Shown here in pieces: positions 23,396 through 36,312 of a DNA stretch of 64,000 bases. The stretch's first letter is position 1, and each line of letters opens with the position of its first letter. The DNA comes from Octopus bimaculoides. Lineage: Eukaryota. Location: contig NC_068998.1 of NCBI RefSeq assembly GCF_001194135.2, positions 10,196,543-10,260,542 on the forward strand, given 5' to 3'. A model generated the notes under the pieces. It saw only the letters and a program-made list of their open reading frames with translations, had not been told where the DNA came from and made no database searches. The translations under genes were made by a program, and so were the position numbers.

Positions 23396-26300
23396 TACAT
23401 AGATTGAAGAACCTGACTCGCTGGTAGAAATGGTTTACGAAAGTGCGGCTTTTAAATCTCACAGCAGTTACGCCCACTTTACCCAGAATTCCATATTCAG
23501 TCTAGAATCTGTGATAAGGCTTCTTGGTTCGAAGAAGGGGAAAAAAGCTGCTCCCACACACACACATATCATACATATATTATATTATATACACACATAA
23601 CAAATATATACATAGATATATGTATGTATTTATTTACTGCAGGAGTGTTATTTGCAACCACAAGAAAAAAGAAGCTGAATAACTGTAGAATAATGCTAAC
23701 CTAAGGGGGGTACCTTTGAAAGAAAACCTGTTTTTCTCTTATAGTGTTTGTGACCCTGTCATGCTCTTCTGGGGGGTGTTTATTATTGGCAGCAGTCTGT
23801 GAAACAATTGCCCCCTCATCCACAAAAAGTCAACAACTAAAATATCGTTGATACTAATTGAAGGCTTTTGCTTTGTGTGTAGGCGCCTCAGAATTAGTAT
23901 AAAATTCCTAATAACTATCCTTTCATTTATTTATTCATCATATTGTGTGTGTGATCTAGGTTTTACCATAACCACAAAAAAAAAAGAAAAGTGAAGCCAA
24001 GGCATTAAAAAAAAAACGAAAAATAATCCGCAGCAATTCCTTGACAATTTCTTTCGTTGTCGTAATAATATATGTTACATAAATCACCGTCGTTTCATCA
24101 TCGAAATCGGTAAATTTGTTAATTGTGTGGCAGATTTTTCACCAAACGACATAAAAGAACCAAAAAAAAAAAAAAATTGAATTAGCAAAAATACAGCAAT
24201 TCCAGTTGATATATGTACATATATATATAAATTTAAAATATATATGTATATATAAATATGATACTTTAAATCACTTTGGCATTAGGATATATCTCTTGTG
24301 TCAAAAATTTAATCACGATGAAAACATATCAAGGTAGGAAATTTTAGCCTTATTTTAATTTGTGAATATTAATATATTTTCTATTTCTGCGTGTGTATTT
24401 ATGTAATTTTACTTGTAATGAGTCGTGTGTGTGTATATATATGTCTTCCATGTGTATATAAGTACATTATTATAGTTGGTTGATCATAGTTCTGGTTTTT
24501 CATAATGCTTTGATATTCCGGCAAATAAAAGACAAGATATCTTGAATTTTACCCACGTTATTGCTAACTCTAGCATTTCAGCATAAGCGAATCCAGAAGC
24601 CATGTATTCGGCAACGCGACAGTTTTACTAATTAATAGTTAGTAATTGTACGTTATATACGCTAAAGTTGATTTAAAAAAAAAATTACAGAAATGATACA
24701 AAAAAGAAAGAAAAACGAACTTAAAAACAAGTTCTAGTATAACTATGACATTTGTACGCCGGCTGAAGCTATACTCGAGAAATCTATGCGATCGCTTGAC
24801 CTGCTAGATATAGCAGCCAAACCTCTCTCAAACCACACCTTACAGTTGCTGGAAAGGAACGGACGCGTCAGATGATGTTGACGTAATAATACTTTTATAA
24901 AGGACGAGTTGGTCACGATTAGAATGCCTTTGATTGTCCGGTTCGATCAAACATAATCTTGAGACTCAACTATAGAATAAACGGGAGCTGCACTTTGATA
25001 GTTCGAAATCGCAGTCAAATTCTTCATATAAAACAAAGGGGGCTACACATTGGTTATTGTTGTCTTAGCTATACATGATGGCAAAGAGCATGAATGTCAC
25101 TTAGTCTCATATATTGTCATTGCTGCGAAATCAAATGTAAAACTGACTCAAATTTCTGGTGAGGCGAATATGCGTTTCGTTTTCTGATTCTAGCCATTAT
25201 TTTCCCTTCTCGTCAATAAATATGCTTTGAGAAAAGTATGAATGCCATTTAATCACCTACGCCTCCTTATTCTGTAAAGTGATGGTTCATCGACGCTGTC
25301 GTCGAAGTCATCGTTTCATGACATGATCGAAGCGATTGATTAATTAAATACCAGGCAATATTTTAGTCCATTCCGGGGTCCGAGTTCAAATCCCACCGGA
25401 GGAATTGAATTTTGCCTTTGAAGCATTTGGAATGAGTCAGGATGAGTTGCTAAAATGAATAGCAGACATCTATTGACGCCGATTTCAATCGGCAATACAC
25501 TACATCCTTTGACACACCTTAGAGGTTTGTGACCTTGTTGTGCCAATGTGAAAAAAAAAATTGTCATCACCACCACCATCATCGTATTGTTTAACCCCAG
25601 TTCAGCCCTGATGATGAAATAAACCTGTGATCATAAGCATTCCAGTTCGTCTTTTATGCCAGACACATTATAACCGGTTGGATAGAGATGGGAGGGAGGG
25701 AAATTTGGTTGTTTCTAGCAAGTCATGCGATCGCGTACACCTTCCCCACTTTTTGGACAAACATCAGTTCCTCCTACACACATTCTCTGAACCGTTTCAT
25801 ACATTTGTGATTATGATTGTTGCTATTTTGTAGCAATAATCAAGTATATCCTTGAAGATAGCTATGGAGAAAAGTGGAGTTAGAAGCCTGTAGCCTTCGG
25901 CAAAGAATTCGTGTTGCGTATTATTGTATTTACTTTCGAAACTCCGACACTTGCTCATTTCTAAGGAAACAGAAATCACTCTAACGCACTCTATCTTCTA
26001 ATCACTAATTGGATATCTTTTCTGTGACCTTCAGAAATGCTACAACATAATATGTTTCTCCCCCACTTAATCCCATTGATTTGGTGGATCAATATCGTTT
26101 CATTTTATGATTGCAGTTGTTTCCTCGTTTTCTCTCTCTTATTGCTGTGTGTGCGTGTGTGTTCTACCTATTTTCAATAGACCTTATCAAGCGAGAGGAA
26201 TTATTTGTCGTCCTCGAACAAGAGACCGTATATGCTATCGTTTAAGACCCACAAGTTAGCTTCGACTAAGCTGATTTATAGTCAAAGCGTTCCACTCATA

Positions 26301-28115
26301 ACCTTCCTAGCTTATTTTCAGGCAGTGTATTTAGGGCTTCCTTCTACAACGTGTTTACTCCAGTTTATTTTTTAAGATGGTAATGTGTGGTTTGTAGGGG
26401 ATTTGGCTGTTATTTCTAACTATTAGAGCGGCTACATAGAATCTCCATCATTGGTTCGTGAAGTCCACAAATTGTTACGAGCGGAGATACAACCGAAATA
26501 AGTCGTCTTCCAGTGCATCAACTTGGTCAACACACACACACACACAGACAGACAGACAGGCACTACCACAAATTATGTCAGAATGAAGAACCCTTTACAA
26601 ATTCGCTCGTTTTTTTTTTTAGAAATAGTAACGAGATTTCGTTCGCATCACACCTCACCGGCTTCTAAGAAAGAAAGGACTTGCTGCGTAAAGTCTTCCG
26701 GGATGCATTATGTGTGTTTGGTGTGTGTGAGTGAGGAAACTTGATATTAACAACTGGAGTTACATAAATCTACCAAACCAGCTGATATTGGGTTAAAGCA
26801 ACATCAGTAAAGGCGGAAAATGTGTAGGCTAGTGAAACGGGAAGTTAAGATTTTAATGCATTTTCAGACAACTTTTGCAGTAAAGTATTTCTAAGTGAAA
26901 TGCCTTTATAACGGTAATCGAAACCAGATGACATTTTTACTGCGCTTTTGCTATCGTATGGTAGATAGTAAATCTGTATGATGGTAGAAATGGTTTTCCG
27001 GTTATAGAAAGCTTTGTGAGCGTTGATTCTGTAATCTATATTGATTTCCCGCGCATTTCATACACTTACATAATTTCGGGGTGGGGGGTTGCTCAGATCA
27101 GCTGTGAGTTTTCTTTTTAATAATAATAATAATAATCTTTTCTACTATAGTGACACAAGATCTGAAATTTTTTGCAGTAGAGGTCTAGTCAATTATTACT
27201 TCGACCACAGTTCTCAAATGGTACTTATTTTATCGACGCCGAAAAAATGAAAGGCAGTCAACCTCAGCGGAATTTGAACTTAGAATGCCGCTAAGCATTT
27301 TATTCGGCGTGCCAGCACTTCTGCCTGTTCGCCACTCTATAGCTGATAATGATGATCTTTCTTGCTATAGGCAGAAGTCCTGAAAATTGGGGGAGGAGGA
27401 GGGGGCTAGACGATTACATCGATCCCTGTGCTCAGCTGATACTTATTTTATCGATCTCGACTGGATGAAATGCTAAATCGACTTAAGCGGGTTTGAACCA
27501 AGAATGTAGTAGATGCTGCATGTCATTTTGTCCGATACTACAATAGGATTTTGGTGATATANNNNNNNNNNNNNNNNNNNNNNNNNNNNNNNNNNNNNNN
27601 NNNNNNNNNNNNNNNNNNNNNNNNNNNNNNNNNNNNNNNNNNNNNNNNNNNNNNNNNNNNNNNNNNNNNNNNNNNNNNNNNNNNNNNNNNNNNNNNNNNN
27701 NNNNNNNNNNNNNNNNNNNNNNNNNNNNNNNNNNNNNNNNNNNNNNNNNNNNNNNNNNNNNNNNNNNNNNNNNNNNNNNNNNNNNNNNNNNNNNNNNNNN
27801 NNNNNNNNNNNNNNNNNNNNNNNNNNNNNNNNNNNNNNNNNNNNNNNNNNNNNNNNNNNNNNNNNNNNNNNNNNNNNNNNNNNNNNNNNNNNNNNNNNNN
27901 NNNNNNNNNNNNNNNNNNNNNNNNNNNNNNNNNNNNNNNNNNNNNNNNNNNNNNNNNNNNNNNNNNNNNNNNNNNNNNNNNNNNNNNNNNNNNNNNNNNN
28001 NNNNNNNNNNNNNNNNNNNNNNNNNNNNNNNNNNNNNNNNNNNNNNNNNNNNNNNNNNNNNNNNNNNNNNNNNNNNNNNNNNNNNNNNNNNNNNNNNNNN
28101 NNNNNNNNNNNNNNN

Positions 28116-28161
<46 letters not shown>

Positions 28162-28261
28162 CAGAGTAAGCACTTAAATGCGAAACAAGGTGGAAAAAAT
28201 AGTGCTTCAATACCGGAGGTAGAGTAATATGCTTTATTAAAAAAGCAGCAAAAATATCACA

Positions 28262-28306
28262 AAAACTGTTACTCAGAGTTTCACGTCCCGTTCGTCGGAC
28301 AGTTTT
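28262..28306 (-). ncRNA. Minimal type-I hammerhead ribozyme-like motif (U4C core variant)
   Basis: AAAACUGU-CCGACGA-ACG GGA CGU-GAAA-CUCUGAG-UA-ACAGUUUU: perfect 8-bp stem I, 3-bp stem II, near-palindromic stem III, GUA cleavage triplet. Confidence 0.6.
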
Positions 28307-28316
28307 GATTCGAAAT

Positions 28317-28362
28317 AAAACTGTTCGACGAACGGGAACGTGAAACTCCGAGTAAAAGTTTT
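28317..28362 (+). ncRNA. Second, more degenerate hammerhead-like motif (inverted copy)
   Basis: AAAACUGU-UCGACGA-ACG GGAA CGU-GAAA-CUCCGAG-UA-AAAGUUUU; core positions 3 and 4 and one stem I pair altered. Confidence 0.45.
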
Positions 28363-28817
28363 TTTTTGTTGATATTTTGCAAATTTTGAAATATATATGT
28401 TTTTCGTTGATTCTATTTAATCAAGAATTTGATATTTAATTGCTATTTATGATATCAACCCGGAAGTTTGAAAGGCGAAATGGAATTCCTCTTCTATTTC
28501 AACACGTAACGGATAAGGGACGTAACTAAATGATGCAAAATCTTTTTGCACGCCAATCCAATGATTCTGCCACCCACCGCCTAATAATAATAATAAATGT
28601 ATAATTGTATTGATATCGCGAACAAGGTCCTTCTGCTGCCGACTAATAGAAAGATCGTGATGGAAAAATGGGGTCACATGTAAGATAATACATTCCAAGA
28701 CACGCAGCTAAAAGGTTTAATTCAGACGGCATTTATAATGTCATACGCCCATCAACTTGTAAAAATTTCACACACACACACACATCCATTTGGATATACG
28801 TATATAAATGTACGCGG

Positions 28818-28853
<36 letters not shown>

Positions 28854-28854
28854 G

Positions 28855-28885
<31 letters not shown>

Positions 28886-29156
28886 GTCTATCTATCTATC
28901 TGTGTGTTTGTGAAATACGAATGGTGTCTGTGATTTTGAATAATGGTATTAAATGTTCTATTCTAGGCTATTTTCTCGTAGCTCACCTTATTTATAAATG
29001 TAAAATTTATTATCGATCTGTAGGTGGCATTAATTATATTCGCTGCTCACAGGACCTATTGTGGTCTGTGTATGTATATGTGGGGGTGTGTACGTATGTA
29101 ACAAGTGAAGAATCGAGTTTTACACACACACACACATGAATATATGCTTCTGTGCA

Positions 29157-29211
<55 letters not shown>

Positions 29212-29958
29212 TATTCAAATTGGACGATTATACCCAGATATGTAATTCAAATAATTATATACAAAGGAGAACTGACATACATAATGTGTATTNNNNNNNN
29301 NNNNNNNNNNNNNNNNNNNNNNNNNNNNNNNNNNNNNNNNNNNNNNNNNNNNNNNNNNNNNNNNNNNNNNNNNNNNNNNNNNNNNNNNNNNNNNNNNNNN
29401 NNNNNNNNNNNNNNNNNNNNNNNNNNNNNNNNNNNNNNNNNNNNNNNNNNNNNNNNNNNNNNNNNNNNNNNNNNNNNNNNNNNNNNNNNNNNNNNNNNNN
29501 NNNNNNNNNNNNNNNNNNNNNNNNNNNNNNNNNNNNNNNNNNNNNNNNNNNNNNNNNNNNNNNNNNNNNNNNNNNNNNNNNNNNNNNNNNNNNNNNNNNN
29601 NNNNNNNNNNNNNNNNNNNNNNNNNNNNNNNNNNNNNNNNNNNNNNNNNNNNNNNNNNNNNNNNNNNNNNNNNNNNNNNNNNNNNNNNNNNNNNNNNNNN
29701 NNNNNNNNNNNNNNNNNNNNNNNNNNNNNNNNNNNNNNNNNNNNNNNNNNNNNNNNNNNNNNNNNNNNNNNNNNNNNNNNNNNNNNNNNNNNNNNNNNNN
29801 NNNNNNNNNNNNNNNNNNNNNNNNNNNNNNNNNNNNNNNNNNNNNNNNNNNNNNNNNNNNNNNNNNNNNNNNNNNNNNNNNNNNNNNNNNNNNNNNNNNN
29901 NNNNNNNNNNNNNNNNNNNNNNNNNNNNNNNNNNNNNNNNNNNNNNNNNNNNNNNNNN

Positions 29959-30145
29959 ATATATGTGTGTGTGTATGTATAAGTATGCATGTGTGTGTGT
30001 GTATGTATAAGTATGCATGTGTGTGTGTGTATGTATAAGTATGCATGTGTGTGTGTGTATGTATAAGTATGCATGTGTGTGTGTGTGTGTGTATGTATAA
30101 GTATGCGTGTGTGTGTGTGTATGTATAAGTATGCATGTGTGTGTC
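29959..30145. repeat. Minisatellite, unit ~26-32 bp ((gt)n-atgtataagtatgcat), running into an N-gap
   Basis: At least 6 tandem units visible. Confidence 0.85.
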
Positions 30146-33100
30146 TGTATATGTATTGTGTGCGCGCGCGCAAGTTGTAGTCAGCTGCTTCTTGTGGTAG
30201 GCTTAGGATTTTGAACAAAGAGTTGGGTGGTGGGAAATTTAACTGATCGATAGAGGTCTTGTATGTATCGAGTGGTTTCTTCACTCTAATGCCGTGTGAT
30301 CGTCCACCTATTACAGCTGAGATGTAACACACACACACGCACGTATGCACACACATACACACAAATATGTAAATTGTCAGTTTCAGAGATATATATTATG
30401 CTAATCTTTACCTTTTCTTCTTATGTAAGTTATTTAACGAGTGTAATATCCATAATATCAATAAGTAATGGGACACATTAATCTCTTCCCATCACCCTTG
30501 GTAAATCCCCCCCCCCCTCGGTTTTTCTCGCCTTTTAATGCTGGGTGGTGACGGAATAAATAACTATTAAACGGCACTAGTTGTTGCTGTTTTGTTCGTT
30601 CTCAGATTGATTCTGATCGAGCAGATACCTATGGCCGAAATAACCTGGGTTTAAACAGCTTCCATCACTACAGTTTTGTGTGGAACCTCTACGTGATAAT
30701 TCGATTTACTAGAAAAATGAGCCAGTGTTTTTTTTTTCTTTTTTTGCAAAGAGAGTAAGGTGTGATTTGAGGTAGATTTGACTACTGGTCCCGCCTGGTT
30801 TAATGCTTTCGTAAAAGGCTTCCTTCTTGTCCAGAAACAAGACGAATTTTTGGTGATGGTTGTGGTCTGTAGTAACATACACATACCAAAATATCAAGAT
30901 CTATGTGTAGAAAATATCAGTTCTTAATGTGGTTTTTGTGTAAAAATAAAGAAATAAATGGCCCTCACTCCCTAAATATCTAGCTCACTATTAATTATTA
31001 TTTTCCCATTGCGCGTATAGAGGTTAGTTACCTGTGTTAAGTAGATTTAAAATATTCGCTCACCGATTTAATCATTATGTGCACATACATACATACGTAC
31101 ATCATACATACGTATACGCACACACACATATGTATGTGTACATATACGTATATTTGTATGTGTACAATCACATTTCTTATGTCTGTTGTTTCGTGTCCTC
31201 CAATAGAAACCAGCATTGCTGGGTCACACGATTCAAAAACAACTGATCGCAGTATAATTAGAGGTGAATCTTGACGTTTCTAATTCTTATCTATCTCTGT
31301 CTGGTACTAATTAACATTATATATTTTCTCTCATTCTTTTCTTCTTTTCATTCATTCGAAGAATATTTAAAATTAAACAACGGAAAACAATAAAATGTTG
31401 GCACTTTGTTTCATTGATTTACATGGAACTAAACGGCCGTCAACACAGCAATCTTAGTGTTACCTACGAATATAATTCCACTTGGTCGTTAGACTTGCTA
31501 GAAATAGCAGACAAATCTCCATCGAGCCTGTCTCTGTGCTCCTATGTACAATGTGGATGCTGGTTGAGAGAAGGGGTCTCTTTTATTTGAATCTATTCTA
31601 AGTATTTTATTGCATATTTATGAATTTGGCTTCAAGCTTGGCTAGGAGGTAAATTTTTCAGGAAATCTTGCTTGCAATAGAGTAGTGGTTTCCTGTCTAT
31701 GGAGAGAAAGTATTGGTCATTTGAAAACCACTGCCTTGAAAACTGACAGACAAATTACTGGTCCTTTATGAGCCTTAGCAAGGTTTTCAATGTGCACCAC
31801 TCACTCACTCCATTGAGGGTGGATTTGTAATTCACCACATCTCTATGTCAACTTTTGTTTTGTGTGCCGGATGCAGAATTGTAATGCTTTTTCATGATTT
31901 GGTTGAATCATTAGAGAATTGGACAAAAATGATGTGCAGCATTTGTTCTGATTCTTTACATTCTGAGTTCAAATCCTGCTGAGGTCAGTTTTGCTTTTCA
32001 TCCCTCCATGGCTATAAAATGACACATCAGTCAAGCACAATATTTGTTGATATTAACTAACACCCTTCCCCTCAAAATTGCAGGCCCTTGTGCCTGCAGA
32101 AACCATTTCTTTTTCTTCTTTTTTATTGCTCTGCAGATGGGTGGAATTGGTGGAGTCGTCAGAGAAAATGTCTACATAATACTGTATTTGTTTTGATTCT
32201 CTATATTCTGAATTCTAATCCTGTTATGCCCACCTTTGTCATTCATTCTCCTAAAGTTAACTGTACCAGGCATGTGCTGATGGTTGATATCATCAACTGT
32301 TCCCTCCCTCTGAATCTCAAGCCTTTGTGCTGATATAAAGTATCTGTTGGTTGGTGATGGATTAGCAGAATCATTGGAGCATCAGACAAAACAGCTTGCA
32401 GTATTTATTCTGGTTCTTTATGTTTTGAGTTCAAATCCTGTCAAGGTCAACTTTGCCCTTCGTCCTCTCAGGATTGATAAAATAAAGTACTAGTCCAGTA
32501 CTGGGTTTGATTTAATCAACTAACCCCTTTCCCTTCTAAATATCTGGTTTTTGTGCTTATGTAGAAAATTATTATTTAGCTTTGTCTTACATTCTGAGTT
32601 CCAGTTAGACCAAGGTCATAATTGTCTTTTATTCTCCAAAATGTCAATACAATAAGCAACAATTAATTATTGGTGAGATAGCAGAATGGTCAGTACATTG
32701 GATAAAATGCATAGCAGCGTTTCTTCTGAGTTCAAATCCTGCCAAGGTCAACTTTGTCTTTCATCCCTTCAGGGTTGACATATTAAAAGTTCAGTCAAGA
32801 ACTGGGGTCAGTGTAATCAACATGCCCCCTCTTCTCAAAATTGCCTGCCTTGAACCTTGCAATGAACTGGCATCCCATTCAAGGGTGAAGAGGTTGTTAT
32901 CTCAATCACTTATCTACCATGGAAATTTGGTAACCAGCCTTATGAATCCAGGAGTTCAAGGGGTCAAAAGAAAAATTACTGTAGTTGACATAATTACCTA
33001 CCTGTATTTTCTTTCCAAAATCTAGAGACTTGTTTCTGTGCTAGAAATCGTAAGTCCTGCCAAGGTAGTTCTTTGTTTTGCATTCCTCCAGTACAAATTA

Positions 33101-34639
33101 TGAAAAGCACCAGTCAAGTAGTGGGGGTACTTTAATCCACTACTTCTTCCCCCTAACTCATGGCCTTGTTTCTATGTTAGAAATCCCTAAACCCACTAAG
33201 GTCAATTTTGCCTTTCAGTCCAAAAGAAAGTACTTCTTCTGTTACCAGGCTTTCACACACTTTTTGTCTACTGTATTTCATTTACAAGGCTTTAGCTGAT
33301 CCAAGGTTATGGTAGAAGAGACTTGCTTAAGGTGTCACATGTTGGGAGGGAACTCCAGATCATGTAATTGTGAAATGAATTTCTTAATAATACAACCATG
33401 CTTGCACCCTTATGCCAGTAAGGCCTTCAGGAAAGACATGAACATCACGGCATATCTTTTATCTTTTATTTGTTTCTGTCAGTTGACTGAGGCCATGCTG
33501 TGGCATGAGTTTATAAAGGGTTTGGTCAAACAAACTGACCTCAGTACTTATTTTGAAGTTTGGTACTTATTATGTTAGTCTCATTTGCTGAACTGCTAAG
33601 TTGTAAGGATGTTACCTAACTAATACCAGTTGTCAAGCAGTGGTGGTGGACCAAGATACACACACACACATGACGGGCTTCCACACAGTTTCCATCTACC
33701 ATATTCACTCACAAGACATTGGTCGATCTAGGGCCATAGCAAAAGACATTTGCTCAAGGATCCGTACAGTGGGACTGAACCTGAAAGCACACGACTGCAA
33801 AGTAAGTTCTTCTCAACCACACAGCCATGCCTGTGTTTAGGAGATAAATCTTTGATAAATGAAGCCTGCAATGCAAAAAGCTGCAGCTATCTCACTTTCT
33901 CCGCTAAAGCTCCTGGGAAAGGCATGAATAATACAGCTTCTGCTTCTCATGCCTTGTTTTTCCTTCTTCACTTCTGGTTTCACTCCTCCTGCCTGTTGTG
34001 ATATAAATATGAGACTTCTTATCTATATGAAGATTATTATTATGAACTTGTAGAACAAACAGGAAATCCTTTGTTTCAAGTTTCGTACTTCTGCTCCTAA
34101 TATCCAGTCATATGTTGCAACCATCCCAGTAGGTGGTCCAGATTTCTAATATTTGGTCAACTACAACTCCTAACACAAAGCTGTCATCACCTGCTAGAAA
34201 TAACAGTGAATTTCTCTCAAACCACATCATATTGTTTCCGAAGATGAAAAGACATGTTAGGTAGTGAATGTTTATTTCACGTTTTTCCTTTATCAGAACT
34301 AATGATTTCTGGTGTGATCATGTGGATGGCTGCAAGAGCATTCCATTAAAAAGGCTCAAAAAGACCAAAATGCTTCTGGTGTTCTCACTGGCCACTGTTG
34401 GAATGAATTTTCATGTCACTTTGATACTTGTGTTTTTAACACAGCATGTCCTTAGGTCTGCCAATGGTGTATAAACATTGAATATGATATTGTCATATAT
34501 GCCATCTAATATAGTATATGAAATATTCTAAGAGAGAAGTTTATAATATTTCAATTTTAACTTTGATAAGCTAAATATTTAGGTTTGTTATGGTTATATT
34601 ATGTTACTGCAAACAGGGTACAAAATATGTTTGAATTCT

Positions 34640-35345
34640 AACATTCACGCACTCTCTCATATAAACATACACACACTCTCACATACATATACACACACTC
34701 TTATACATATACACACACTCATATATAACGTACCCTCTCAAATAACGTACTCCTTCTCATATATACACTCTCTCTCACATACACATATACACTCTCACAT
34801 AAGCATATACACACTCTCTTTCTCTCTCACATACACATATACACACTCTCACGTGCACATATACACACCCTCTAACACACATATATACACACCCTCTCGC
34901 ATACACATATACACACCCTCTTGCACACATACACACCCTCTCATGCACACCCTCTCTCATGCACATACTCTCTTATATACACATACACACCCTCTCATAT
35001 ACACACCTCTCACACATATACACCTCTCACATACACATATACATACCCTCTCATATACACCCTCTCACACATACACACACCCTCTCACATACACATATAC
35101 ACTCCCTCTCACATACACATATACACTCCCTCTCACATACACATATACACACTCCCTCTCACATACACATATACACTCCCTGTCACATACATATACACAC
35201 CCTGTCACATATACACACCCTCTCACATATACACACCCTCTCACATGCACACCCTCTCTCACACACACACACACACACACCCTGTCACATGCACATGTAC
35301 ACATCTCTCACACATATACACACCCTCTCATATGCTCACACAGTC
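34640..35345. repeat. Degenerate CA/TC minisatellite (acacatatacacaccctctc-like units)
   Basis: Tandem ~20-26 bp units giving spurious His/Thr/Tyr ORFs. Confidence 0.85.
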
Positions 35346-36265
35346 TCACATACACAGACCGTTTCACTTACAATCCATTGTAATATGAGTGTTTTCTATA
35401 TATTTCTTTTTTTTTTTTTTTTTAATCACCAAAATTATATACATTAACTTAGTGACTTAAATTTTAATGCAAATGGTATTTGGATATTTGGCAAGCAGTA
35501 TTTGCAGTTTGAGTCACATCGCATGAGTGGGTCTGTATTTCTTTTTCTGCCTCAAAATTTTAAATTTCTTTCATGATTTAGCTTGAAGACAAAGAGGAGC
35601 TCCTGGGACTCTTTTCATGTTGCCCCCAAAGACCAACGAGCAGGAGGGTGGCTGGAGAAGGTATTCCCAAACTAGGGACCTGGTCTGAATGTTAGGAACT
35701 GATCGGTCTCTGCTAACGGTACCCAAGGACCGAGTAGTGGTGTTAATAAGCAGGGTGGGAGGTGGGTGGCGTAAATAGTATTATAGATAAATAGTATTAT
35801 AGATAAATAGTATTATAAATGACTGAAACAAGTATAAGAATAAAATAATATACATGACAGGCTTCTTTCAGTTTCTGTCTATTAAATCCACTCACAAGGC
35901 TTTGGTTGACCTGAGGCTATAGTAGAAGACACTTGCCCAAGTTGCCACACAGTGGGACTGAACCTGGAACCATGTGGTTGGGAAGTAAACTTCTTGCCAC
36001 ACAACCATGCCTGTGCCTATATATATATTCTTTTATTCTTTTACTTGTTTCAGTCATTTGACTGCGGCCATGCTGGAGCACCGCCTTTAGTTGAATAAAT
36101 CGACCCCAGGACTTATTCTTTGCAAGTCTAGTACTTATTCTGTCAGTCTCTTTTGCTGAACTGCTAAGTTACAGAGACATAACCACACTGACATCAGTTG
36201 TCAAGCGATGGGGTGGGGACAAACACAGACACAAACATACACACACACACACACACACACATATG

Positions 36266-36312
<47 letters not shown>

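Larger units (their letters stand above)
28140..28385. mobile_element. Penelope-like-element-type terminal repeat, present as an inverted pair, carrying two hammerhead-like motifs
   Basis: About 65-bp-arm foldback centred on 28311; the left arm continues into an AATAAA-containing tail ending in (CA)/(TA)n. Confidence 0.55.
18300..31500. promoter_or_regulatory. CpG-retaining domain covering the CRYZL1 5' end and the presumed divergent promoter region
   Basis: By eye, CG dinucleotides are frequent in unique sequence here and scarce in 6-18 kb and most of 31.5-60 kb; not counted. Confidence 0.5.

Noticed and set aside
29959-30145. Regularly spaced repeats resembling a CRISPR array
   Set aside because: Spacers are (GT)n, not unique sequence; eukaryotic minisatellite
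27473-30362. Long ORFs of 200-370 aa (also 61147-62161 and 62654-63413)
   Set aside because: They run through N gaps and (TA)n/(CA)n tracts; artefacts
34601-35447. His/Thr/Tyr-rich ORFs up to 260 aa in several frames
   Set aside because: Translation of a stop-poor CA/TC minisatellite; no splice context or domain
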